In this document: piece by piece, positions 10,391 through 21,260 of the stretch | How the letters are laid out: each line of letters starts with the position of its first letter | Numbering within the stretch: position 1 is the stretch's first letter | DNA from: Histomonas meleagridis 2922-C6/04-290x | Lineage: Eukaryota; Protista; Parabasalia | DNA: 64,000 nt | Direction: 5' to 3' | Assembly (NCBI GenBank): GCA_020184695.1 | Contig: JAANOX010000205.1 | Coordinates: 62,001-126,000, forward strand | Translations under genes and position numbers: made by a program | Notes under the pieces: model-generated | What the model was told of the DNA's origin: nothing | What the model saw: the letters and a program-made list of their open reading frames with translations, nothing else | The model's database searches: none

Positions 10391-13300
10391 TCAAACGCAT
10401 GAAAGAACTTGAACCGATTTTGGCAGTTGAAATGAACGATCGCCATTTGTCTGGTACCACACTCTCACCTTGTTGCACTTGCACGCCTCTGGAAGTAGCA
10501 GGTGGCAAGTGCCTTGAAGGTGCGGGAGTCGCATTGGCCAAATTTTACTTTGTTTACCTGATGACATCAATTCGATGATCACCGAGTATCCTTTTTCGAG
10601 GGAGAACAAGATCAGTCCACACACCTCTGTTGTATTGTGCAACAAAATTTCATGGCATATTAATGATGTATATTCTTTTGAAGTTGAAAAGATTTCTTTC
10701 AATTGAAGGTTATTATTGGTCTCAATTGGTGGGATTTTAGATGGTGGGTAAGATGTTTTCCCAGAGAAGTTAATCTCCTTGATTTGAATTGATTCAGCGC
10801 ATATCGTAAAATCAAGTTTTGATCCGCTTAGATTAACCGTTTGTATCGTCTTAGGCGGTTTGAACGAATAAAAACGCCCGTTAAGTTCTATCGTCAACGG
10901 CTTTTCGCAAGAAATTTCTATTGAAAAAACGTTTGTGAACTGTTTGAATATAATTGAAACAGGAACAAATGTTTCGGAAGGGCACCAAACATCGTCTGAT
11001 GGATTGAACATAGCTTCTGCTCTGACACTATTTTTACCAATTGGTAATTCATATAAAAACCGATAAAGGATTTTATTTGGTGCGAAAATATTTCCGAAAT
11101 CTTCGATTTGTCCAACTCCTAAAAATGGATAATAATATTTTATCATTGCATTTTTTAATTCTCTGAAGTCACTTCTTTTTGTCATTAATTCATTTCTAAT
11201 TCTGAAACAACTTTTACACAACAAATTATTAATTTGAGGGACAACGTACAAACCGTTTCTATCGGCGCATTTTTGACAGAACGGTTTCATACAAAGTCCG
11301 CATTTCAAAACCGCCTTATTTTTCCCACAAAAAGTGCACGTGTGGTTTTGATCATTAATTTGATTTTTTGTTAAGTTTATAACTGAGTTAACGGACACCA
11401 ACGAAGGGTTTATACCGTTTCGAATCATTTCTATCTTAAAATCGGTATAAGTTTGGAACGATGAAAGTCTTCTTAATTCCCATTTACACACGTTACTTAA
11501 GTCGTTAACGTTTTCGTTATATTTTGGGTTCTTTACATTTGCTTTTATATTGTTTGAAACATTTAAAGTTATTAATTTATTTGACGGTATTCCATACACG
11601 AAAATGTTCGAAATAAAGAACTGCGACTTAATTGCTGTGAAAGTAAAAGATAAATATCGAACGTTTTCATATATATTTGGCTCGATTTCATGTGAATATA
11701 ATAAATCTTCATTAATGGGAAATCGAAGTAAAGAGTTTTGATAAGTTCGAACAATTGCAATGTCTTCGATTATCGGAAACATTCGATTTAGATACATTCC
11801 GCCATATATCGATAGTGTTGACGGCTGTGAGTTATTACTATTAATAGGAAACGAACGTATTACAATTTCGGTGATTTTCGATGGCCTTGAAAGCGATATT
11901 ATAATTGGCTGATCGTTGATGTTTAACGAAGATATTGTTTGCGTTGTTGAGAAGATGTACGGGTTTAAAGTGTTCGGCGATATAATTGTAATGTGCGGCA
12001 AATATGATAATAACATTATACCTTTGGATGAATTATACGTTTTGTCAATAAGTAATTGACGAACCCCTAAAAAATATGAAAGTGATTTACTAAAGCGTTT
12101 TTCTTTTTCTTTGTTATCTTTGGAGGGTTTGTAATTAAGAGCTGTATTGCGCATCTTTAAGACACCATTAACACTCGATATGAAGTTAATGATTTGTTCA
12201 CTTTGATTACTTTTGGTTAGACAATATATTTTGGAAATTATGTTCCCTGAATAATAAAATGATTTGGAGAGAAATTCAACAATCGCTTGCGGTATGATTA
12301 GAATGTCTTCTGCTTTAAGAATTTTTCGATCCGCTTCTAAAAGTTGAAACATTTGTAATATTTTTTGTACAACTTTAAGCGAATAGAAAAAAGTTCCAAC
12401 ATTACTATTGTCACAACCTGTGGAACATGTAAATAAACACATCCCTGTTTGCATTGACTTTCGGAGTTGGATTTTGTCATTTCGGTAAAAGATTAAATTT
12501 AATCCATAATTATTAATAAATGGTTCCGATTCTTGAAATAGTGTGGAAATTGCATCGGTTGCACTGGACTTCATTAAGTAGACCCAATCAATTTGAACAA
12601 GCTTAACACGATCATCAAAAAATGGTGATATGTTTTCAAGAGATTCTTTGAGTGTATCGTAGACGGTTTTTTCAGAGGCTTTGTTCGAAAAGTCGAAAAA
12701 ATTTATCGATTCCAAGCGATGCTGACTGAAAAGCCTGCCACAGAATACAGGAATCGATTTTTTAACTGTGGCAAGTTGGAGATTATTACAATTTGTGGGA
12801 GTGGTTCCACGAATCATTGTGTGTGATGCAATTTCATATCCTTTGTCGGTTTCAATTTGGCCAATAATTTCGATTTCTGTCTCGTTACCAATGTCACCAT
12901 TGGAACTTATACCTGACGTTCGTGATCGAATTCCAGTTCCAGTACATCTTCGACGAACAACTGTAAATAGTGAAAATGTTTGAAATTGATACGAGCTAAC
13001 TGCTCCTTGGAGAAGACTCACACAAAAATTTGGTACAATAAAATTGTTATATGGCATTGAAAGGTATCTATTCCAAATCATGTTTGAATTCAATGGTAAT
13101 CCAATAGATGAAGAAATATCAAACGTAGGACAAAAGAAATGCCGGCGCATAATTTTGAAGTTTGAAAATATATCTATGACTACATCTGTTGAATGATAGT
13201 AATTATATTCTTCAAGAGTAAAACTTAATCGTGTTCCATCTGTAACCGTATAAATATTGTGTTTTCCTAATATTGTTCCAGCAATAACACAATTCGTAAT

Positions 13301-13576
13301 TAATAGGATAATGCACCTATTTCCAATAATACAAGAACCTATGAGATATTTTGCTTTAGATGTTTGAACGATCTCATTCGATGACTGAATAAATTTAATA
13401 GCATCCTCTTCTGATTCAAAAACATCAAATCCATTAATTCCATTAAAAATTGGAAATCCATGAACTTTGTCAAACCAAACAACGTACGTCTTATCAAGGC
13501 CATTGGGTCTATTAAAAACGAGGCACGCGCCGCATGGATCAGTGTACAGATAAGTAATTCCGCACTCTTGATCCAT
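10391..13576 (-). CDS. SAC/SAC9-like phosphoinositide phosphatase-domain protein with Cys-rich zinc finger; degenerate active site
   Basis: SAC-like N-terminal region (WNRYL, CVSLLQG, GNETEIE, RGTTP). CX5R site reads CSTGCDNS. Zinc finger CTFC...CGLCMKPFCQKC...CKSC. ATG at 13576. Confidence 0.7.
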   Translation of the reverse strand: MDQECGITYLYTDPCGACLVFNRPNGLDKTYVVWFDKVHGFPIFNGINGFDVFESEEDAIKFIQSSNEIVQTSKAKYLIGSCIIGNRCIILLITNCVIAGTILGKHNIYTVTDGTRLSFTLEEYNYYHSTDVVIDIFSNFKIMRRHFFCPTFDISSSIGLPLNSNMIWNRYLSMPYNNFIVPNFCVSLLQGAVSSYQFQTFSLFTVVRRRCTGTGIRSRTSGISSNGDIGNETEIEIIGQIETDKGYEIASHTMIRGTTPTNCNNLQLATVKKSIPVFCGRLFSQHRLESINFFDFSNKASEKTVYDTLKESLENISPFFDDRVKLVQIDWVYLMKSSATDAISTLFQESEPFINNYGLNLIFYRNDKIQLRKSMQTGMCLFTCSTGCDNSNVGTFFYSLKVVQKILQMFQLLEADRKILKAEDILIIPQAIVEFLSKSFYYSGNIISKIYCLTKSNQSEQIINFISSVNGVLKMRNTALNYKPSKDNKEKEKRFSKSLSYFLGVRQLLIDKTYNSSKGIMLLSYLPHITIISPNTLNPYIFSTTQTISSLNINDQPIIISLSRPSKITEIVIRSFPINSNNSQPSTLSIYGGMYLNRMFPIIEDIAIVRTYQNSLLRFPINEDLLYSHEIEPNIYENVRYLSFTFTAIKSQFFISNIFVYGIPSNKLITLNVSNNIKANVKNPKYNENVNDLSNVCKWELRRLSSFQTYTDFKIEMIRNGINPSLVSVNSVINLTKNQINDQNHTCTFCGKNKAVLKCGLCMKPFCQKCADRNGLYVVPQINNLLCKSCFRIRNELMTKRSDFRELKNAMIKYYYPFLGVGQIEDFGNIFAPNKILYRFLYELPIGKNSVRAEAMFNPSDDVWCPSETFVPVSIIFKQFTNVFSIEISCEKPLTIELNGRFYSFKPPKTIQTVNLSGSKLDFTICAESIQIKEINFSGKTSYPPSKIPPIETNNNLQLKEIFSTSKEYTSLICHEILLHNTTEVCGLILFSLEKGYSVIIELMSSGKQSKIWPMRLPHLQGTCHLLLPEACKCNKVRVWYQTNGDRSFQLPKSVQVLSCV

Positions 13577-14680
13577 CAAAAACGTTTAATTGCCCTCGTT
13601 GTAAAACGATCAAAAGCAACTGATTTTGGGTACTTGAAAAAGTGGGCTGCAAAAATCCTCCCAAAAATACCTTATCCTTAATACAATCAAGCCAAATTTT
13701 TTCTATGTTATAGAGGCACCTTAATAATTATCATTTTGTGTTTTATTTATAATTGATAATTTATTGATTTTTTCGAAAAAATATTGAAATATTTTTATTA
13801 TTGAATATTTTGGTTTATCTACTATCAAATAACACTAAAGTTAAAACGGAATTGTTTCCATATAAAATTTTACATCATGATTTACTTTTTTTCATACTGA
13901 ACTATTTGTTACAAAAAAATCCAGAATGGAATTTTAAAATTTGAAGTACCATTAAATATAATATAATTAATATTTTGTATTTATATAGGTTTTATCAAAA
14001 TTCTTTCATACATATTAGAGAAATTTTCCATTTAACCAACAACAAATTTCAATGTGGTAATGTGACATGTGAACTGAAAAAATTTAAAAACAAGAAAAAA
14101 GTTTAAATGAAATTAATATATACTTTTCACAATAAAAATCAGAAGTATCATTGAATAAAGTCATTCATTAAAATAATGCATTTCAATAAAGAAATGTAAT
14201 GATAAAAACATAAAAAAAAATTGAATCTAATGTTATTGCATCAGCAACTTCAATTTAGAAGCATATGTTGAATAATTTACACTTTAAACAATTATGTTAT
14301 ATCAATATAAATGGACAAAAGGTTGGAGCAACATGTTTCTTTGTGGTGATGAGGGGATTGAGTCGACTTTTTATGTAACAACTTTTTGTAAAAAATATTC
14401 GGAATCATAAAACAAAAATATCCAAAAAATAGATGAATGAATTCACTTAAAGATATTTGATATATGGTTTATTCTCTACATTTATTAACATTTTCGAGTT
14501 ATATAAAAATCCCATTGTGGAATTTTTCGCTTACACGAATCTTTTAAGGTTCAAACTTTGAGTACATTGTGTTTTCATTAACTTAACTTGATTTGATTAA
14601 AAACGAAGAATATCAACATAATAAAAAATAAAAATTCATTAAATATAACATGTAAAAGCCTCAAAAATAAAAATGAAAAC

Positions 14681-17162
14681 ATGAATTTATTAAATAATCT
14701 TAAGCAAATAATATTTAATCTCACTATTGATAATTTTGATTCATGTGTTCACCAAACAATACAAGTATACGATCCTAATTTTCCATATTCATTTAATTTT
14801 ATTATATGTAATTTAATTTACAATGCATTTTTTACACAAAATAATTTATTTGATATTTACTTAAAATATTTAGAGGCAATTCAAACAAAAGAAGAAGAAA
14901 TAAATAAAACACATCCCGAAATTGTCGATATTTTTATTAGCTACATTTCTGAAATTCAAACACATGAAGCATATTATCTAATTGCGAAAATGATTGAAAA
15001 AAATTTAATAGATATAAACATTACTAACCCTCCTAGATTTAAGCATTTTGCTTATTATAAAAATAATGTTAAAACTGATATAAGATATAAAATTAATGGG
15101 CTCAGTAAAAATTATCAAAGCGAAGAAACTTTTATGAAAAATTATGAAAAACATGTAAAAAATGTTTGGGAACTTCATAAAAAATATATTAAAGAAGGAC
15201 ATAATCCAAATGAAATATCAAAAATAATTAGAAACGATGAAATAGAAAAACTTCAAGAAATATCATCACAAAATGATTTTGATTTTAATCAGACTATCAA
15301 ACCATCACTTTATGAAAGATGTGATTTTATTAATCAGAAAAATGTTACATTAATTGATTATGCAGCATTTTTTGGATCTGTTAAATGTTTTAAATATTTA
15401 CTTATGAATGGAGCAAATATAAATAATACAGGAAAACACGCAGTTGCAGGTGGAAATGAAGAAATTATTCATTTATGAGAACAAAATCATTCATCATTTG
15501 AAGGTGCATATGAAGCAGCAATTAAATTTCATCAAAATGATGTCTTTAAATATCTTTATGAAATTAACATATAATAAAAATAATTCTGAGAATTCTGATG
15601 AAACTCCTATTATTACCAAAAAATTTCTTGATGATTTAATAATAAGATGTATACATAGTGATAATTTTGAACTTTTGTTGTATTTAGAAGAAAAAAGAAA
15701 AGATATTGATAATGATGTTATTAATAATTCTGCAAAAACAGGAAATTTATTCCTAGTTAAGGATTTTCTTGCAAGCAACAAAATTCCAAAAAATTTATTA
15801 ATTTTTTGTTCAAAATCAGGAAATCTTGAACTTGTTAAATATGTGCTTGAACAAGGAGGAATTGATATCAATTTCAAAAATGTTTTGAATTTTTATTCGA
15901 TATTATTGGATAATATTTGGAGTTTCATAATATTATATAAAACAGCTCTTATGACAGCATCTAAAAATGGTAAAATAGAAATAGTTAAATTGCTTCTTGA
16001 GCAAAAAGGAATTGATATCAATGCTAAAAATATTTATTTGTTTTATTTAATATTTATTTTAATAATTTTATGCTTAAAGATAATATTTAAAAATTAATCC
16101 ATATAAATTATACAGCTCTTATGATAGCATCCAAAAATGGTGAAACAGAAATAGTTAAATTGCTTCTTGAACAAAAAGGAATTGATATCAATACTAAAAA
16201 TATTTTTTTAAATTATAATATTTTTGTTTCAATTAATTGATGTTTTAAAGAATATCATCATGATTATTACAAATATATGAGTCAGCAATTACATTTGCAG
16301 TAGAGCATGGTCATAAGGAAATAGTGAAATTACTTCTTGAACAAAAGAAACTTCATCTATATAACAAAAATATTCAATAAATTCATTTAAAAGAATTTGT
16401 TCCTTCATTTTGGAGCTTAAAAAAATTATTTGTAATTTAATCAAAACATTTGCAAAAGAACTTATAATTGCATGTGAAAAAGGTTATAGAGAAATAGCTA
16501 CGTTACTCCTTGAACAGAAAAAAATTAAGTATGATCTAAATTATTTAAATTGTTTGAAAAAGCATTATTAATCGCATCTAAAAAAGGTTATACAGAAGTA
16601 GTGGAATTACTTCTTAAGCGTAAAGACATTAATCCCAATGTGAATGATATTCGATAATTCAATTTTTTATTTGCTTTTTTATTTTTTATGTTTCAAGATA
16701 ACATTTGAAAATTATTCAAAATATTTAAATCAGCACTTTACAATGCAACATTTGAATATCATACAGATATTGTTGAATTACTTCTTGCAAAAAAGGGAAT
16801 TAATGTAAATATTACAGATATTTAATTGAGTTTTTATGTGTATAATTCAATAATTTCGTCTTTCAAATTAATAATTGGGAATTGAACAAAATATTTTATA
16901 CACCACTTATGGTTGCATCTAATCAAGGTTCAATTGATATAGTAAAATTACTTCTTAACACAAAGGGAATTGATATCAATACTAAAGATATTAATTTCAT
17001 TTAACTAAAGTTTATATTATCTGTTTTATATTTATAAAATTTTTTTGAAGTTTATTAAAATTATTTGACACTGCAATTAAAAAAGCAGCAAGAAGTGGTT
17101 ATGATGAAATAGTCAAACTACTCCTTGAGAAAGGTGCAAGCTTTGATGTTCCAAGTAAGTAA
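14681..17162 (+). pseudogene. Ankyrin-repeat/DUF3447-type gene A with 28 spacers in hairpin loops; also a TGA at 15476 and a frameshift near 15572
   Basis: IDYAAFFGSVKCFKYL...AVAGGNEEII N-terminal domain, then 30-codon TAL...GIDINxKN exons. TGA sits where paralogs have TGT (HLC). Ends ...PSK* at 17162. Confidence 0.75.
15882..17066 (+). other. Eight blocks of 17-nt spacers with single-codon micro-exons (gene A)
   Basis: Blocks 15882-15941 (DGK), 16032-16111 (NYKY), 16202-16281 (YDHE), 16372-16454 (KR,G,V,A), 16539-16555 (single spacer, then E), 16649-16729 (FYEK, one 18-mer), 16820-16899 (CRGY), 16990-17069 (KYED). Confidence 0.85.
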
Positions 17163-17404
17163 ATAAAAAATTACATATATGCATATTTTATCATAACATT
17201 TTATTGATATTTTTTTTTATTTCATAGGCAGTTGTTATTGCAACTCCATTATTACGCAAAAATCTATTTCGTTACATAAGATTAAAACCAAAATGATTTT
17301 TTCATACGATTTAATCAAAATAAGTTCAGATAAAAAGTCATATTAAACAAATAAAAACTAAAAAATTCATATGTTAATTATCTACCAATATTAATAGTTG
17401 TTTA

Positions 17405-17515
17405 TTATGTGCAATTATCAAATACTAATTTCCCTATGTATTCAACTCCTTTAATATCAATTTCAGTCATAGAACATCCATAAAATGCATAATTTCCAAT
17501 CTTTACATCCATCAT
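17405..17515 (-). pseudogene. BspA/LRR_5 relic fragment
   Basis: Minus strand translates as MMDVKIGNYAFYGCSMTEIDIKGVEYIGKLVFDNCT*, about two TpLRR units with no surrounding gene. Confidence 0.6.
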
Positions 17516-17770
17516 ATTGCTACTGATAAAAAATAATATTATGAAATCCGATGTCCAAAATTTCTTTTGAAGATTTGATGATTAAAAAATGTTTTGTATT
17601 TTTGGTGAAAATTTAAGATAAGCTGATTCATATCATTCCATGGTATTTATTTTTTAACAAAAATTCCAATACTTAATTTTGTAAAATGAAATTTTTCTAT
17701 AAAATGGAAAATAGATTTTTTAATTAATGATTCATAAAACCAAAATTAACAATCTATGCAAAAAACAGTT

Positions 17771-18589
17771 TCACTTGAGCATATCCTTTATGTTATTTCC
17801 CATGCGTTTGACTCTAGCTAAAACGCCTGGTTTTGAGTTGACGTAGTCGATTGCGTCGATGAGTTGACCCTTAGTTTCGGAGAAGAACCCTTTGTTCTTA
17901 CTAACAAACTCACTAATGCGGCTCAGCATCAAGTTTAGGTCCGAAACAGGCGTTTCCTTGAGGACTTCACTGACTTTTGGTGCAAATTGTTTGAGACTAT
18001 CTGGCTTGTCTACATTGTTGACGAGAGCTAAAAGGAGGCCAAGGGCATGTGGTTGGAACTCTTTCTTCTCGAATCCTCTTGTCATGATAAATAAAATATC
18101 ATCTGCATAATTCTCAAAACGGATGATTCGGAGGCTAATGCTACCGGCAAGAACAACGAGAGCGCCAAAGTTCACAGCAGCACGACCTGCGCTGATCAAT
18201 TTTGGTACATAATCATTCCATTCACCACGAAATAGGTATTTGGAAGCTACACCTGGTATAACTGAAGCAAGGACAGATAAATCATTCTCGTTGATATCAC
18301 GCCTTTGAAGTGTTTCAAATAATGTGTCTTGAACCATTTTCTTAAAAGCACTATCACCTATTTTAGATATATCAAAAACAACTTTCTCTGAAAGTGCCTT
18401 AAGCTGAAGGAATGATGAAGCAGTAGTTTCATGGAATGGGTTTGTTTTGAAGTTTTGCATGATAAGAGTGATATATAATTGAGGAGTGCGAATCCTAACA
18501 TCGTCGAGTTGCTTTTCTGCTTTTGAAGCAATAGCTTGATTATCATCGATTGATTGTTTTATAAGTTCTTGATACTGTTGAAGATTCAT
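17771..18589 (-). CDS. HEAT-like helical hypothetical protein (karyopherin N-terminus-like)
   Basis: ORF with ATG at 18589 (MNLQQY), coding-like composition, FRGEWNDYVPKL resembles an importin-type HEAT segment. Confidence 0.6.
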   Translation of the reverse strand: MNLQQYQELIKQSIDDNQAIASKAEKQLDDVRIRTPQLYITLIMQNFKTNPFHETTASSFLQLKALSEKVVFDISKIGDSAFKKMVQDTLFETLQRRDINENDLSVLASVIPGVASKYLFRGEWNDYVPKLISAGRAAVNFGALVVLAGSISLRIIRFENYADDILFIMTRGFEKKEFQPHALGLLLALVNNVDKPDSLKQFAPKVSEVLKETPVSDLNLMLSRISEFVSKNKGFFSETKGQLIDAIDYVNSKPGVLARVKRMGNNIKDMLK

Positions 18590-18899
18590 TTTAGCACTTT
18601 TGGACAATTTCCAAAGGGCAAAAAAATAAAATTATTTTGGATCCAACTATTTGCTGTTTAAAAAAATGTGGTATTTTATTAGAATTTTCTTGATGCTAAA
18701 CCAATTCTATGAAACACAGGTATTTCATGACACTATTGAGATTAAATTAATAATGCAATCATTTGAAGGTTACACCATTTTAAAGCACTTCATGATGAAA
18801 TTCAGCCATTTATTATGCTGTGTCCATTTAGTTGTAAGGAAAGAATTTCTTTAAGAAAGGAAATCATTCAACAATAAGCAGAAAATTAATTAAAATGCG

Positions 18900-19068
18900 T
18901 CACCACTCCTTGGGTGTGCAAGAAGGAGGGTAACAACCATCATCAAGCGGTGCTTGAATGATGAAATAATAAATTCGTTTGAACAGGGCGCCCGGCACGT
19001 ACCGAGCGAACCGCTGTCAAGCGATTCAGAACAGATACTACACTTATTCATAGCGAATCGCCATGAGT
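18900..19068 (-). ncRNA. U2: U2 spliceosomal snRNA
   Basis: Minus strand has 5' stem CATGGCG-ATT-CGCTATG, invariant AAGTGTAGTATCTGTTC (GUAGUA branch recognition), Sm-like AATTTATT, and 3' hairpin CTCCTT-CTTGCACACCC-AAGGAG with a TTGCAC loop; GC-rich island between genes. Ends approximate. Confidence 0.88.
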
Positions 19069-19206
19069 GCAAACATAATAAAGTTATTTTATTATATCCT
19101 TATAACTGCTAATTTTAGCTGCAACAAAATTTATCGCATAACCGATATTATATGGCACTTTTGATTACATTCAACAAAATAAAAACGTTTACTTTTGACG
19201 CCAAAA

Positions 19207-21078
19207 ATGAAATCGCAAGTTCAAAACTTTGTTATTGTTAAAAACAAAGATAAACCTCATGCTCCAAGTAAAAAAGCACTAATACCGAAAACTATGGCAT
19301 CTTTAAAGAACACGATTTCACGACTTCTTATCTTTTCAGAATCACATCCTCTACGTGTAATTTATAATGAAAATGGTAAACCAATCACGTCAATTAATGA
19401 GGTAATCCCAGGAAGCACTATTTATGCATCTTCTCAAGATCCTAAAGATGATTTTGTTTCAATTTCACAAAAAGATCTATCATCAAATAACCAAGATGCT
19501 GATGACGACGATGATTTACAACAACTACTTCAACATGAAGAAGAAAGTGAAAGTGACCATCAAATAGTTGAACCTATTCCAGAAGAGGAAAAGCCTACTC
19601 AACCATCACAAAAAACTAGCCGAAATGAATCAATACAGTCATTCATTTCAGAAGGTAATGAGCTTCAAATCATCAAAAATCCAATAGCAGATCAAGAAGA
19701 TGAACATCAAAATCATGAATCTAGTTCATCTCACAATGAAGTAGAAGATCAAAAAAATGAAGCTGAAGAAAATTATAAAATGGAACAACACAAAATCCAT
19801 CTTGAAAATATTCAAAACCTCGTTAAGAACTTACCAGAACCAATGAGGACCTCTGAGTCCATCCAGAAAGCCATCAGCGAGAACTTTTCACCTCTTGTTA
19901 CTGAATTTGAATATTCATATCAATCTCTCCAAACCCAGCAAGAAGCCAAACTTCTTTCCAGCAAGCATATTCTAAACACAAAAATTCCACCGCACTCCAA
20001 TGAGCTTGATCAAAAAGCGATTGACATCATTAAATCTTCCACCTTTACTACCTCAACTGGTTGCTATTCCTCTCCACGTCTTGCAATTGTAGGTCCACCA
20101 GAAAGTGGGAAATCAGTTTTCCATCAACTTTTGTCCAACAAAATGATATCATATTTAATTTCCACCGGTCAATATAAGACCACTTTTATCATGCGCTTTG
20201 ACATAGCTGAGCTAAGCGATGTCATTCAGCATCCCATTTTATTGTATAAGCGATTTGTTCGAATGATCTTCGAACGCATCACATCGCAACGAATCATCTT
20301 CAAACCATTCTGCGAGACCCTTATACAGTATTTCCAACAACTTCCGACTGTCCAACATTTCCCAATTCTACAAAAGAACTTCAGTTTATCGGAAGATTTC
20401 CGAAAAACATCACAACAACTCAAAACGGTTTCTGAGAATTTGTACAATTGTATCAAACAACATTTTCCATTATCCATATGGCTTACGAATGTCTTAATGT
20501 TACCTAAGTTAATATCTAATTCTTTTGGGTTTGAACGTGTTTTGTTTTTGATTGATCATTTCGATTTAAGTGATGTTGATATCCCACCACAAGAACCATT
20601 TGTAGGTAATTCATCAGCATATGTAACGTTATCTGATCATATGAAGTTTATGTTGAATTCTGAGAGTTTTATCATCGCGTGTAAAAATGAGGATAAGTTA
20701 TTCGATGTGATTGAGGCTTCGACTTTCGATGATATCGATTTGTTCGAAGGTACTGAGTTTGTATCTGTTGTCGATACTGAGCTAAATGGACATAGTGATG
20801 AGTTCGAATTCGATATATTCGTTGATGAGAATGATGAGCCATTGAGATTAAAGCTGAGCGATTACGGCGGATGTCCCGCGTATTTGAGGAAATGGGACGA
20901 AATAATAAAAATCGCAAACGAAATTGTCAGTAATAGTAAAAATAAAGAGGAAAAATTGAAATTGTTGACATGTATAAGAGAAATGGCTCCAATGCTAATT
21001 GTAAGAGTGGACCCACGAAATTTAACATTGGAAAAAATTGGAAATATGATAAACGATGTAAAAATTATACAAAATTAA
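19207..21078 (+). CDS. Hypothetical protein: doublecortin-like N-terminus, acidic linker, P-loop-like C-terminal domain
   Basis: LRVIYNENGKPITSINEVIPGSTIYAS (DCX-like); RLAIVGPPESGKS (Walker A-like); ATG at 19207. Confidence 0.6.
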   Translation: MKSQVQNFVIVKNKDKPHAPSKKALIPKTMASLKNTISRLLIFSESHPLRVIYNENGKPITSINEVIPGSTIYASSQDPKDDFVSISQKDLSSNNQDADDDDDLQQLLQHEEESESDHQIVEPIPEEEKPTQPSQKTSRNESIQSFISEGNELQIIKNPIADQEDEHQNHESSSSHNEVEDQKNEAEENYKMEQHKIHLENIQNLVKNLPEPMRTSESIQKAISENFSPLVTEFEYSYQSLQTQQEAKLLSSKHILNTKIPPHSNELDQKAIDIIKSSTFTTSTGCYSSPRLAIVGPPESGKSVFHQLLSNKMISYLISTGQYKTTFIMRFDIAELSDVIQHPILLYKRFVRMIFERITSQRIIFKPFCETLIQYFQQLPTVQHFPILQKNFSLSEDFRKTSQQLKTVSENLYNCIKQHFPLSIWLTNVLMLPKLISNSFGFERVLFLIDHFDLSDVDIPPQEPFVGNSSAYVTLSDHMKFMLNSESFIIACKNEDKLFDVIEASTFDDIDLFEGTEFVSVVDTELNGHSDEFEFDIFVDENDEPLRLKLSDYGGCPAYLRKWDEIIKIANEIVSNSKNKEEKLKLLTCIREMAPMLIVRVDPRNLTLEKIGNMINDVKIIQN

Positions 21079-21248
21079 TAAAAATACCTTTTTGTTATCG
21101 ATATTATGCATATTTTTGTAAATCTAATACATTAAAAATTGTTTAAATTTGAAAAATTCTTCTAAATTAATATCGGTCATTTGTATTATTTGAAATTTTT
21201 ATGTCATGTATTTTATATTCAAAAGTGAACATCGTTTTTCTATCGTTT

Positions 21249-21256
21249 TCATAATT
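21249..21256 (+). promoter_or_regulatory. Putative parabasalid initiator (Inr, TCAYW) upstream of ankyrin gene B
   Basis: TCATAATT 5-12 nt before the ATG at 21261; short motif in AT-rich DNA. Confidence 0.4.
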
Positions 21257-21260
21257 TTGG

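Noticed and set aside
14346-14420. Box C/D snoRNA starting at GTGATGA
   Set aside because: No box D (CTGA) or terminal stem at a suitable distance.
16032-16111. Treating each 80-nt insert as one GT-AG or AT-AC intron using the AG/AC in ACAGC
   Set aside because: Those junctions put the TAL motif out of frame and many inserts lack the dinucleotides, whereas the 4x(17+3) parse restores canonical loops.
17155-17227. Possible canonical GTAAGT...CATAG intron at the 3' end of gene A
   Set aside because: The frame already ends naturally (PSK*, TAA 17160-17162), there is no ACTAAC-type branch motif next to the AG, and the spliced extension has no recognisable features.
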